A stretch of 64,000 nucleotides of DNA. It comes from an uncultured delta proteobacterium (GTDB taxonomy: Bacteria; Myxococcota_A; UBA9160; SMWR01). The notes beneath the pieces were generated by a model. That model made no database searches. It worked only from the letters and a program-made list of their open reading frames with translations, and was not told the origin of the DNA. This document shows positions 19,460 through 28,672 of this stretch, piece after piece. The DNA lies in assembly GCA_963832165.1 (NCBI GenBank), contig CAWHTE010000007.1, forward strand, positions 576,001 through 640,000, in the 5' to 3' direction. The number at the start of each line of letters is the position of its first letter. Position 1 is the first letter of the stretch. Both the position numbers and the translations under genes were made by a program.

Positions 19460-20362
19460 ATGGCACTTCCCGCCGTCGCACTCGCCGCCGTACCGGGCCG
19501 CCGCCGCGCCACGCTCGACATCGCGCGCGAGCTCGAGACGAAGGGCTTTGCGGGCGCCTACTGCGCGAGCTTCGGAGACGCGCTCGGGCTGTGCGAGGCG
19601 CTCGCGCTCACCACGTCGCGGATTCCGTTCGGCACCGCGATCGCGAACCTCTACACGCGCCAGGTCTCCGACTACGCACAGTCCGCCGCGCTCGTGCACG
19701 AGCTCTCGGGCGGGCGCTTCCACTTCGGCGTGGGTGTCTCCCACGCTCCCGTGAACGAGCGGCTCGGCGTGCGCGCGGGCAAGCCGCTCGCCGACATGCG
19801 CGCGTTCGTCGAGGGGCTCGCGAAGAACAAGCACGTCGGCGAGCTGCCTCCGATCGTGGTGGCGGCGCTGCGCAAGCGCATGGTGGCGCTCGCGGGCGAG
19901 ATCGCCGACGGGGTCGTGTTCGCGAATGCGGCGCGCTCGCACATGCGCGATTCGCTTTCGGCGCTGCCGGCCGCAAAGCGCGGCGACCCGAAGTTCTTCG
20001 TCGGCGACATGATCCCGATCTGCATCAGCGACGACCGCGCGGCCGCGATGGAGCGCAACCGCAAGACGCTCGTGATGTACGTCTCGCTGCCGAACTACCG
20101 CAACTACTGGAGCGAGGCGGGCTACGTCGAGGAGATGACGGCGATCGAGAAGGCGATCGAGCGCGGCGAGCGCGACCGCATCACCTCGCTCATGAGCGAC
20201 CGCTGGCTCGCCGACGTGACGCTGTTCGGCACCGCGGCGCAGGTGCGCGAGGGCGTGGAGGCGTGGTTCGACGCGGGTGTGCGCGTGCCGATCCTCGTTC
20301 CGTCGTCGGCGGCTGGGAATCAGATCAAGGCATTCGAGGAGCTCTTCGCCGCGTATGCGTGA
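19460..20362 (+). CDS. LLM-class flavin-dependent oxidoreductase
   Basis: TSRIPFGTAIAN, ELSGGRFHFGVGVSH, LAGEIADG. Confidence 0.85.
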   Translation: MALPAVALAAVPGRRRATLDIARELETKGFAGAYCASFGDALGLCEALALTTSRIPFGTAIANLYTRQVSDYAQSAALVHELSGGRFHFGVGVSHAPVNERLGVRAGKPLADMRAFVEGLAKNKHVGELPPIVVAALRKRMVALAGEIADGVVFANAARSHMRDSLSALPAAKRGDPKFFVGDMIPICISDDRAAAMERNRKTLVMYVSLPNYRNYWSEAGYVEEMTAIEKAIERGERDRITSLMSDRWLADVTLFGTAAQVREGVEAWFDAGVRVPILVPSSAAGNQIKAFEELFAAYA

Positions 20363-20753
20363 GACGCGTCCCGAGATCACCGTGCTCTACGACGGCGCCT
20401 GCCCGCTCTGCTCGCGCGAGATCGAGATGCTGCGCCGCCGCGACCGCGGGCGCGGCGCGATCGGGGCGATCGACATCGCGGCGCCCGAGTTCGACGCTGC
20501 GCGCTATGGCCTCGATCAGGAGCGCGTGATGGCGCGCATGCACGCCGTGCTGCCGGACGGCACCGTGGTCGAGGGCATGGAGGTGTTCAGGCGCGTGTAC
20601 TCGGCGGTCGGGCTCGGCTGGGTGCTCGCGCCGTCGCGCTGGCCGCTCTTGCGCGGCGCGTTCGACGCCGCATACGCCTGGTTCGCGCGCAATCGGCTGC
20701 GCCTGACCGGCCGCGCGCGCGAAGGCGACGGCGCGTGCAGGGCGGCGGATTAG
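20355..20753 (+). CDS. DCC1-like thiol-disulfide oxidoreductase (DUF393)
   Basis: VLYDGACPLC and YAWFARNR motifs. Confidence 0.9.
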   Translation: MRETRPEITVLYDGACPLCSREIEMLRRRDRGRGAIGAIDIAAPEFDAARYGLDQERVMARMHAVLPDGTVVEGMEVFRRVYSAVGLGWVLAPSRWPLLRGAFDAAYAWFARNRLRLTGRAREGDGACRAAD

Positions 20754-20756
20754 CCC

Positions 20757-21860
20757 TCAGCCCGCCACGAACTCGAGCACCCGCGCCGCGACGTACTCGA
20801 CCTGCTCGGCCGTGAGCTGCGGGTACATCGGAATCGAGATCAGCTCGCGGCACGCCTCGATCGTCACCTTCATGTCGCCGGCGCGGTGCGGAACCGTGCG
20901 CAGCGCGGGCTGGAGGTGGCCCGGATTCTTGTAGTGGATGCCCGTGCCGACACCGTGGTCGGCGAGGTGCGCGGCGAGCTCGTCGCGGCGCGGCGCGCGC
21001 AGCGCGTACACGTGGTAGACGTGTTCGTTGCCGGGGCGACACACCGGCACCTGCACGGCCGAGCCCGCGAACAGACGCCCGTAGTGCGCCGCGTGCGCTC
21101 GGCGCTGCGCGTTGCCCGCGTCGAGGCCCGGCAGCTTCGCGCGCAGCACTGCCGCCTGAAGCTCGTCGAGCCGCAGGTTGTAGCCGACGATCGCGTGCTC
21201 GAACTTCGACACGTGGCCATGGTGGCGCAGCAGGCGCACCTGCTCGGCGATCGCCGCGTCGTTCGTGGTGACGAAGCCGCCTTCGCCGACGCCGCCGAGA
21301 TTCTTCGTGAAGTAGAAGCTGAAGCTCGCCGCGTCGCCGAGGCTGCCGACCGGGCGCCCCTTGTATTTCGCACCGTGCGCCTGCGCGGCGTCCTCCACGA
21401 CGCGCAGGCTGCGCTCGCGCGCGATCTCGAGCAGCGGGTCCATGTCGGCGGCCTGGCCGTACAGGTGCACGGGCACGATCGCGCGCGTGCGATCGGTGAC
21501 GAGCGCGCGCACGGCCGCGGGGTCGAGCGTGAACGTGTCGCGCTCCACGTCGGCGAGCACGGGCACGGCGCCGGCGTGGACGATCGCCTCGATCGTCGCG
21601 AAGAAGGTATGCGCGGGTGCGATCACCTCGTCGCCGGGGCCGATGCCGCACGCGACCAGCGCCGCGAACAGCGCGTCGGTGCCGTTCGAGATGCCCATGC
21701 CGTGGGCCGCACCGCAGTAGGCCGCGAACTCCTCCTCGAAGCCCACGGTGTTGGGCCCCTGGAACAGCTGCATTCCGTCGAGGATCGACTCGAACTCGCG
21801 GAATACCTGGTCCTTCACCGGGGCGAAGGCCGCGCGCAGATCGACGAGCGGGACGTTCAT
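20757..21860 (-). CDS. DegT/DnrJ/EryC1/StrS family sugar aminotransferase
   Basis: SNGTDAL, VHLYGQ, EDAAQAHGA, SFYFTKNLG, GYNLRLDELQAA. Confidence 0.93.
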   Translation of the reverse strand: MNVPLVDLRAAFAPVKDQVFREFESILDGMQLFQGPNTVGFEEEFAAYCGAAHGMGISNGTDALFAALVACGIGPGDEVIAPAHTFFATIEAIVHAGAVPVLADVERDTFTLDPAAVRALVTDRTRAIVPVHLYGQAADMDPLLEIARERSLRVVEDAAQAHGAKYKGRPVGSLGDAASFSFYFTKNLGGVGEGGFVTTNDAAIAEQVRLLRHHGHVSKFEHAIVGYNLRLDELQAAVLRAKLPGLDAGNAQRRAHAAHYGRLFAGSAVQVPVCRPGNEHVYHVYALRAPRRDELAAHLADHGVGTGIHYKNPGHLQPALRTVPHRAGDMKVTIEACRELISIPMYPQLTAEQVEYVAARVLEFVAG

Positions 21861-22681
21861 GGCGTTTCTCCGGCGTGAGACGATAGTCCGACCCGCGCCC
21901 GAACGCGCTGGAAGCTCTCCTCGTACAGGCCGCGCGGGGTCTGGGGCCTCGGCACGCCCGGAAACACGCGGCTCGAGACATGACACAAGAGCGCGCGCGT
22001 CCACAGGCTGATCCCGCGCGCGCCCGCATTGTGCATCCGGTTGCGCAGCTCGGAGTCTTCCTTGCCGTAGCCCGAGAGCGCCTCGTCGAAGCCGTCGACG
22101 CGCTCGAACAGGTCGCGCGTGACGCCGAAGTTCCCGCCGCGAATGCGCGGGCGGTCCGCGCGGCGCCCCGCATACAGATGGTTGCGCCAGTCGGCCGCGT
22201 GGAGCCGCCACCATGTGCGCAGATCGAGCGGGCGCTCGTGTGCACCCGCGCGCACGGCCTCGGGCGTGAGACCCAGCGTCTCCTCTTCGGAGAGGAAGAT
22301 GTAGCCGCCCACGAGGAACTCGCCTGGCTGCGCGTGGCGGCGATAGGTGGCGACCCAGCTGCGATAGGGCACGCAGTCGCCGTCGAGGAACAAGAGCAGC
22401 TCGGAGCGCCCGCGCAGCGCGGCGCGGTTCTGGGCGCGCATCTTGCGAAAGCCCACGTCCTCCTGCCAGATCCAGTCGATCCGGAACGGAAGCTGCGCAG
22501 CGAGATCCGCGAGCTCGCGCTCGGCGGGCGGGTCCGAGCCGTCGTCCGCGACCACCACGTCGAAATTCGGGTCGGTCTGCGCCGCGAGCGCGGAGAGCAC
22601 CAGTGCGAGCTCGTGGGCCTGGTTGTAGGCCGCCACGACGACGGTGGTGGACGGTCCGTCGCTTCCGAACGTGGTTCGCAT
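21857..22681 (-). CDS. Glycosyltransferase family 2
   Basis: AAYNQ, VADDGS, FLDGDC, GGNFGV, GFDE, GKEDSEL. Confidence 0.92.
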   Translation of the reverse strand: MRTTFGSDGPSTTVVVAAYNQAHELALVLSALAAQTDPNFDVVVADDGSDPPAERELADLAAQLPFRIDWIWQEDVGFRKMRAQNRAALRGRSELLLFLDGDCVPYRSWVATYRRHAQPGEFLVGGYIFLSEEETLGLTPEAVRAGAHERPLDLRTWWRLHAADWRNHLYAGRRADRPRIRGGNFGVTRDLFERVDGFDEALSGYGKEDSELRNRMHNAGARGISLWTRALLCHVSSRVFPGVPRPQTPRGLYEESFQRVRARVGLSSHAGETP

Positions 22682-22732
22682 CCGCAGCGCTCGACGATAT
22701 CCTCCCGGCGCCCGCTCCACGAGGAGACCCTG

Positions 22733-23437
22733 TTGCAAGCGATCCGTGCCCTTCTCGATCTCTCGCGCGTCGACGTGCAGATCGCCGAGCTCGAGGACGA
22801 GAGGCGCGGCCTGCCCGCGGCGCGCGCGGCGCTTTCCCAGGAGCGCGAGAAGAGCCAGGCCGCGGTCGAGGCCGCGCAAGCCGCGCTGGTCGCCGCCGAG
22901 CAGGAGCAACGCCGCCACGAGGCCGCCGTCGCCGACCGCGAGGCACTCGTGACCAAGCTCGAGGGCCAGCAGCTCCAGATCAAGACCAACGAGGCCTACA
23001 AGGTACTCCTGCACGAGATCGACCAGGCGCGCGCGTCGATCTCCGACGCCGAGACCCGGATCCTCGAGGCGATGGAGGGGATCGAGGCCGCGCGCACCGG
23101 GCTCGACCGCGCGCGCGCTGCTGCGAAGGGCGTCGAGGATCGCGCCGCGCAGCAGGAGCGCGGATTCGAAGAGCGCGAGAAGTCGCTCGATCAGACGCTC
23201 GGCAACCTGCGGCGCGACCGCGAGGGGTTCGTCGGTGGCGTCGACGCGCCGGTGCTCCAGCGCTACGAGCGCATCGCCGCGCGCCGCCGACCCGCCGTCG
23301 CGATCGCGGAAAAGGGCCAGTGCAAGGGCTGCCACGTGAGCCTGCCGCCGCAGGTTCTGCTCGAGCTGCGCCGCGGCGGAGGGTTTCACACGTGCAGCAA
23401 CTGCCAGCGCATTCTCGTGCTCGCAGAGCACTTGTAG
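22733..23437 (+). CDS. Coiled-coil protein with C4 zinc ribbon (DUF164/CT398-like)
   Basis: SD GAGGAG before TTG; long coiled coil, IKTNEAY, CKGCHVSLPPQ...CSNCQRIL. Confidence 0.88.
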   Translation: MQAIRALLDLSRVDVQIAELEDERRGLPAARAALSQEREKSQAAVEAAQAALVAAEQEQRRHEAAVADREALVTKLEGQQLQIKTNEAYKVLLHEIDQARASISDAETRILEAMEGIEAARTGLDRARAAAKGVEDRAAQQERGFEEREKSLDQTLGNLRRDREGFVGGVDAPVLQRYERIAARRRPAVAIAEKGQCKGCHVSLPPQVLLELRRGGGFHTCSNCQRILVLAEHL

Positions 23438-23512
23438 GTCCGCTCCCCGACTGGGGATCCCCTCGGGGTAGGGCCGGATCCCCCACGGCTAGAACAGGTT
23501 TTTATCCTGTAA

Positions 23513-23525
23513 AATCAGCCGCTTA
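23513..23525 (+). promoter_or_regulatory. IHF-consensus-like site
   Basis: AATCAG-CCGC-TTA matches WATCAR-N4-TTR, with an upstream A/T tract. Confidence 0.3.
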
Positions 23526-23633
23526 TAGATTTGTGTCGACGGAGGTGTAGGCGCCTTCGCCCACTCGTCTCATGCTATGCTGCGCCGTCGACCAACCGGC
23601 TGGGGAGTCCTCCCCAACTCCAGCGGACGGGGC

Positions 23634-24672
23634 ATGAAGAACAACGATCGGTACTGGGATTGTCTCGATCAGGCGATGGAGGCGTCCCATGGTGGGCGCA
23701 CCGACGAAGCGCTCGCGTGGCTCGACGAAGCGCTGCGCGCCCACCCCGACGGTGCCGAGGCCCACAACGGGCGCGGCGAGATCCTCTGGGACGACGGCCG
23801 CGTCGAGGAAGCGCTCTACGAGTTCGAGACGTCGCTCAAGGCCGATCCCAAGTTCATCACCGCCCATCTGAACCGCGCCGAGCTCCTCGTCGAAGACATG
23901 GGCGAGTACGAGCAGGCGGTGTCGCTCTGCGACGAGCTGCTCTCGGGTCGCGTCGAGCTGCCGCGCCTGGATCGAGGCAGCGAGGGCGAGGTCCACTACC
24001 TCAAGGCCAAGGCGGTGTTCTACCTCGACGATCTCGAGGGGGCGCTGTTCCTGACCCGGCGTGCGATGAAGACCGCGGGCGAGGTCCCGGTGTACCGCGC
24101 GTTCGACGGACAGATCCTGTTCGAGCTCGGCCGCTTCGAGGACGCGCGCCGCTCGCTCGAGACCGCCACCGCGCTCGACCCCGAGTCGGGGCACGCGCTC
24201 TACCACCTCGCGCTCGTGCTCGAGCGCGTGGGCGACGGCGAGAACTCCGAGCGCGCATTCGAAGCCGCGAACGCGCTCGACCCGCAGCAGTATCCGCTGC
24301 CCGTGACGGTCGACCTCGACTTCTTCAACACTGCCGTGGCGGAGTCGATCGACAATCTGCCGCGCTCGATCCGCGAGTACGTCCAGGACGTGCCGGTGTT
24401 GGTCGAGGACTATCCGTCGCAGGCTCTCATGGACGAAGAGAGCTTGTCGCCGCAGATCCTCGGCATCTACATCGGCACGCCGCGCACCGAGAGCCGGGCC
24501 GACCCATCAGCCGATCGACGTGACGCGCGTGGTCCTGTTCAAGAAGAACCTCGAGAAGATCTGCCGCGATCGCGACGAGCTGATCGATCAGATCCAGATC
24601 ACGCTGCGCCACGAGATCGGCCATCACCTCGGTCTGTCCGAAGAGGACATGGAGCGGCTCGGGCTGGCGTAA
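23634..24672 (+). CDS. TPR protein with C-terminal zincin-like metallopeptidase (frameshift near 24510)
   Basis: Several TPR repeats; VEDYP and ILGIYIG, then VVLFKKNLE...TLRHEIGHHLGLSEEDM in a shifted frame. Confidence 0.85.
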
Positions 24673-24695
24673 TGGCCGCCCGTCAGGCGGCGGAT

Positions 24696-24739
24696 GGCGG
24701 GCCCCTGCGCGGGACTGCCTTCGGCTTCTCCCGCCCTAC
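24696..24739 (-). repeat. GTAG REP (degenerate type A)
   Basis: ...GCCTTCGGCTTCTCCCGCCCTAC. Confidence 0.65.
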
Positions 24740-24748
24740 ACTGGCCCC

Positions 24749-26182
24749 ATGACCCTGATCGACGCGCTCGAGGCGGTCGTCGGCGCCAATCGCTGTCTGC
24801 ACCGGCGCGAAGAGCTGCTCGTGTACGAGTGCGACGCCCTCACTCTGCACACCGCGGATCCGAGCGCGGTCGTGTTCCCCGAGTCGCGCTCGGAAGTGCA
24901 GGAGATCGTGCGCGCGTGCCGCCGCCACGGCGTGCCGTTCGTGCCGCGCGGCGCCGGGACGGGGCTCTCGGGCGGCGCGCTCGCGAACGACGGCGCGGTC
25001 GTGATCGAGTGCTCGCGCATGAATCGGATCCGCGCGATCGATCCGGCCAATCGCATCGCGGTGGTCGAGCCCGGTGTGATCAACTCGGACCTCTCGGTCG
25101 CGGCGCGTCCGCACGGCCTGTTCTACGCGCCCGATCCGTCGAGCCAGCTCGCGTGCACACTGGGCGGCAACGTCGCCGAGAACTCGGGTGGACCCCACAC
25201 GCTCAAGTACGGCACCACCACCAACCACATCCTGGCGCTCGAGCTCGTGCTGCCCGACGGAAGCTGCTTCGAGCTCGGCAACGCCACGGGGTTCGCGCCC
25301 GGCTTCGACTGGGTGGGCGCGGTCGTGGGCAGCGAGGGCACGCTCGGCATCGTCACCGCGATCACGGTGCGCCTCTCGCCGATCCCCGAGTCGGTGGAGA
25401 CGCTGCTCGCGATCTTCCCCGACGTGGTCTCCGCGTGCCGCGCGGTGGGTCTCGTGATCGAGGCGGCGCTCGTGCCCGCGGCGCTCGAGATCGTCGATCA
25501 GCGCACGATTCGCGCCGTCGAGGATTCGGTATACGCGGCGGGCCTGCCGCGCGACGCGGGCGCCGTGCTGATCGTCGAGCTCGACGGCGCCGCGGTCGCG
25601 TTGCCCGCGCAGATCGAGCGCGTGCGCGAGCTGTGTGCGCGAGCGGGCGCGGATCGCATCGAGATCGCGCGCGACGAGGCCGAGCGCCAGCGCTTCTGGC
25701 GCGCGCGCAAGGGCGCGTTCGGCGCGATGGGCCGGCTCGCGCCCGATCTCTACGTGCACGACGCGGTCGTGCCGCGCCGCGCGTTGCCCGAAGTGCTCGC
25801 GAAGATCTGCGAGATCGGCGACCGCCATCGCCTCACGCTCTCGAACGTCTTCCACGCCGGTGACGGCAACGTCCACCCCAACATCTCGTTCGATCGCCGC
25901 GACCCCGAGCTGCTCGCGCGTGTGATGGCCGCGGGCGAGGAGATCCTGAAGCTGTGCGTCGCGGCGGGCGGCGTGATCACGGGCGAGCACGGGATCGGCA
26001 CCGAGAAACGCGAGTACATCTCGCTCGTGTTCAACGACGCCGACCTCGAGGCGATGCACAGGCTGCGCACCACGTTCGACCCCGAGCGCGTGTGCAATCC
26101 CGGGAAGATCTTCCCCACCACGCGCTTCTGCGCCGAGTCGAATCCGAAGGCCCGCGGCTACGACCAGGTCCCGCTGGGTTAG
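24749..26182 (+). CDS. glcD: Glycolate oxidase subunit D-like FAD-linked oxidase
   Basis: PRGAGTGLSGGA, YAPDPSS, GGNVAENSGG, GSEGTLG, FHAGDGNVHP, TGEHGIG, NPGKIFP. Confidence 0.88.
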   Translation: MTLIDALEAVVGANRCLHRREELLVYECDALTLHTADPSAVVFPESRSEVQEIVRACRRHGVPFVPRGAGTGLSGGALANDGAVVIECSRMNRIRAIDPANRIAVVEPGVINSDLSVAARPHGLFYAPDPSSQLACTLGGNVAENSGGPHTLKYGTTTNHILALELVLPDGSCFELGNATGFAPGFDWVGAVVGSEGTLGIVTAITVRLSPIPESVETLLAIFPDVVSACRAVGLVIEAALVPAALEIVDQRTIRAVEDSVYAAGLPRDAGAVLIVELDGAAVALPAQIERVRELCARAGADRIEIARDEAERQRFWRARKGAFGAMGRLAPDLYVHDAVVPRRALPEVLAKICEIGDRHRLTLSNVFHAGDGNVHPNISFDRRDPELLARVMAAGEEILKLCVAAGGVITGEHGIGTEKREYISLVFNDADLEAMHRLRTTFDPERVCNPGKIFPTTRFCAESNPKARGYDQVPLG

Positions 26183-26186
26183 TCGC

Positions 26187-27392
26187 GTGAACGGCCTGGA
26201 AGCTCTCGCGCCGCAGCTCGGGGAAGCACTGCGCTCCCACGATCCGATCGCGGTCGACGGCGTTCCCGTGACGAAGACGCTCGTGCCGCGCGACGCCGAC
26301 GACCTCGCCGCGCTGCTCGCGGCGCTCGGCGAGGAGCGCTGCGCGGCGATTCCGCTCGGCGCGGGCACACAGCTCGCGTTCGGCAACGCGCCGCGCCGCG
26401 CCGACTGCTTCGTCTCGCTCGAGGCGTTCAGCGGCGTCGACGAGCTCGACGCGAGCGAGGGCGTGTGTCACGCGGGCGCGGGGACACCGCTCGCAGAGCT
26501 GCGCGCGCGCGTGACCGGGTCGGGCTGGGAGCTGCCGCTCGACGACGCGGGCCGCGGCGGTACGCTCGGCGGTGCGCTCGCCACCGCGGCGCTCGCGCCG
26601 CGCGCACTCGGCTTCGGGCGCCCGCGCGACGTCGTCCTCGGCTGCGAGGTCGTGCTCGCGGACGGCCTGCGAACGCGCTGCGGCGGTCGCGTGGTGAAGA
26701 ACGTCACGGGCTACGACATGGCCAAGCTCTACGTCGGCTCGCTCGGCTCGATCGGTGTGATCACGGGCGCATGGCTCCGCCTCCAGCCGCGGCCCGCGGC
26801 CGTGCGCGTGCTCCAGAGCGACGAGTTGAGCGATGGGGAGGCGATCCCGCTCGGCGTGCTCGCGGCGCGCCTCACCACCGCGCGCTCGTGCCTGCTCAGC
26901 GACGAGACGCGCGGAATGCGCGCGACGGTCGAGCTCGCGGGCGACGCCGCGAGCGTGGAGCGCGATGCCGCGGAGCTCGAGCAGCTCGGTCTGCGCAGCG
27001 CGAGCCCTGCGCTGCGCGACGCCGCCGCGACGCTCCGCTTCGCGGGCCTCGCGGGCTCGGTCCGGTTTGTGGTCTCCTCGCTGGCGGCGCAGCTCGCGTC
27101 GTGCGTGAAGGAGCTGCGCGGCTCGGGCGCCGAGCTGCTCGTGATGCCGGGTCTCGGGCTCGTCTGTGCGCGCGGATCGGCCGAGCAGGCCGGCGCGCTG
27201 TTCGATGCCGCGCCGCGCGCGGCGCGCGCGGGGGGCGGGCGCTGGCTCTGCGAGCGCGCACCGCACGAGGCCAAGCGCGGCCGCGACGTGTTCGGCGCGC
27301 AGCCCGCGGACACGGCGCTCTCGCGCGCGCTCAAGGCCCGCTTCGACCCGAACGACGTGCTCAATCGCGGCCGCTTCGCGGGGCTCGTCTGA
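26187..27392 (+). CDS. glcE: Glycolate oxidase subunit E-like
   Basis: GGRVVKNVTGYDMAKLYVGSLG, LKARFDP; lies between glcD and glcF. Confidence 0.85.
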   Translation: MNGLEALAPQLGEALRSHDPIAVDGVPVTKTLVPRDADDLAALLAALGEERCAAIPLGAGTQLAFGNAPRRADCFVSLEAFSGVDELDASEGVCHAGAGTPLAELRARVTGSGWELPLDDAGRGGTLGGALATAALAPRALGFGRPRDVVLGCEVVLADGLRTRCGGRVVKNVTGYDMAKLYVGSLGSIGVITGAWLRLQPRPAAVRVLQSDELSDGEAIPLGVLAARLTTARSCLLSDETRGMRATVELAGDAASVERDAAELEQLGLRSASPALRDAAATLRFAGLAGSVRFVVSSLAAQLASCVKELRGSGAELLVMPGLGLVCARGSAEQAGALFDAAPRAARAGGGRWLCERAPHEAKRGRDVFGAQPADTALSRALKARFDPNDVLNRGRFAGLV

Positions 27393-28672
27393 TGACGGCG
27401 CCCACGAGATTGCCTTCGCGCGCCGCGTCGCGCCTGGGCTGGCAGGACATCTACGAGAAGTCGCTCGACTGCGTGCACTGCGGTCTGTGCCTGCCCGCGT
27501 GCCCGACCTATCGCGAGACCGGGCGCGAGCAGTCGTCGCCGCGCGGCCGCATCTACCTGATGCGCGGCGTGGCCGAGGGCCGCATCGAGCTCGGCGACGT
27601 GGTGCGCGACGAGGCGCATCTGTGCCTGGCGTGCCGCGCGTGCGAGACCGCGTGTCCGTCCGGGGTGCAGTACGGCGCGATGGTCGAGCGCGTGCGCGAA
27701 GAGGTGCAGCTCGCCGGCCTGCGCGAGGACGCGCTCTCCCGGATCGAGCGCGCAGTGCTGCGCCACGTGATTCCGAACCGCAAGCGCCTGGGCTTTGCGT
27801 TCGATCTGCTCGCGATCGCGCAGAAGCTCCGGCTCGACAGCGTGTTCGCGAAGCTGCTGCCCGCGCGCCTGGCCACGATGCGCGCTCTGTTGCCGCGGGT
27901 CCCACCGCGCCATCGGCGCCGCGCGCATCCGGCGCTCCTGCCCGCGCGCGGCGAGCGGCGCGGGCGAGTCGGGTTCCTCACGGGCTGCGTGATGGCGGAG
28001 CTGTTCCCGGGCACGAACGACGCGACGGTGCGCGTGCTCGCGCACAACGGCTTCGACGTGGTGGTGCCGCCCGATCAGGGCTGCTGCGGTGCGCTCCAGG
28101 CGCACGCGGGCGACGCCGAGACCGCGCATGCGCTCGCGCGCAAGAACATCATCGCGTTCTCGGACGTCCACGTCGTGATCACGAACTCGGCGGGCTGCGG
28201 CGCCGCGCTGCGCGACGTGGAGCATTGGATCGAGCTCCGTGGCAAGTCGTTCGCGGCCAAGGCGCGCGACATCTGCGAGTGGCTCGACGAGGTGGGCCTG
28301 CGCGCACCGACCGGACGCATCGACGCGCGTGTGTGTTACGACGATCCGTGCCACCTGATCCATGGCCAGAAGGTGTCGGCTGCGCCGCGCCGCCTGCTCG
28401 CGCTGATTCCGGGTCTCGAGCTGATTCCGCACGCGGATCCGGGTGCGTGTTGCGGGGCCGCCGGCACGTACAACCTCACCCAACCCGAGATGTCGCGCGC
28501 GGTGCTCGCGCGCAAGCTCGACTCGCTCGCGGCCGCCGACCCCGATCTGGTCGTGACCGGCAACCCGGGCTGCCTGATGCAGCTGCGCGCGGGCCTCGCC
28601 GCGCGCGGCCTGCGCGCGCAGGTCGTGCACCCGGTCGATCTGCTCGACCGCGCCTACAGCACGAAACCCTAA
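27392..28672 (+). CDS. glcF: Glycolate oxidase Fe-S subunit
   Basis: CVHCGLCLPACPTY, SPRGRI, CLACRACETACPSGV, two CCG domains. Confidence 0.9.
   Translation: MTAPTRLPSRAASRLGWQDIYEKSLDCVHCGLCLPACPTYRETGREQSSPRGRIYLMRGVAEGRIELGDVVRDEAHLCLACRACETACPSGVQYGAMVERVREEVQLAGLREDALSRIERAVLRHVIPNRKRLGFAFDLLAIAQKLRLDSVFAKLLPARLATMRALLPRVPPRHRRRAHPALLPARGERRGRVGFLTGCVMAELFPGTNDATVRVLAHNGFDVVVPPDQGCCGALQAHAGDAETAHALARKNIIAFSDVHVVITNSAGCGAALRDVEHWIELRGKSFAAKARDICEWLDEVGLRAPTGRIDARVCYDDPCHLIHGQKVSAAPRRLLALIPGLELIPHADPGACCGAAGTYNLTQPEMSRAVLARKLDSLAAADPDLVVTGNPGCLMQLRAGLAARGLRAQVVHPVDLLDRAYSTKP

Noticed and set aside
23438..23633. Possible RNase P RNA after the zinc-ribbon gene
   Set aside because: Gap is under 200 nt and lacks the GAGGAAAGTCC signature
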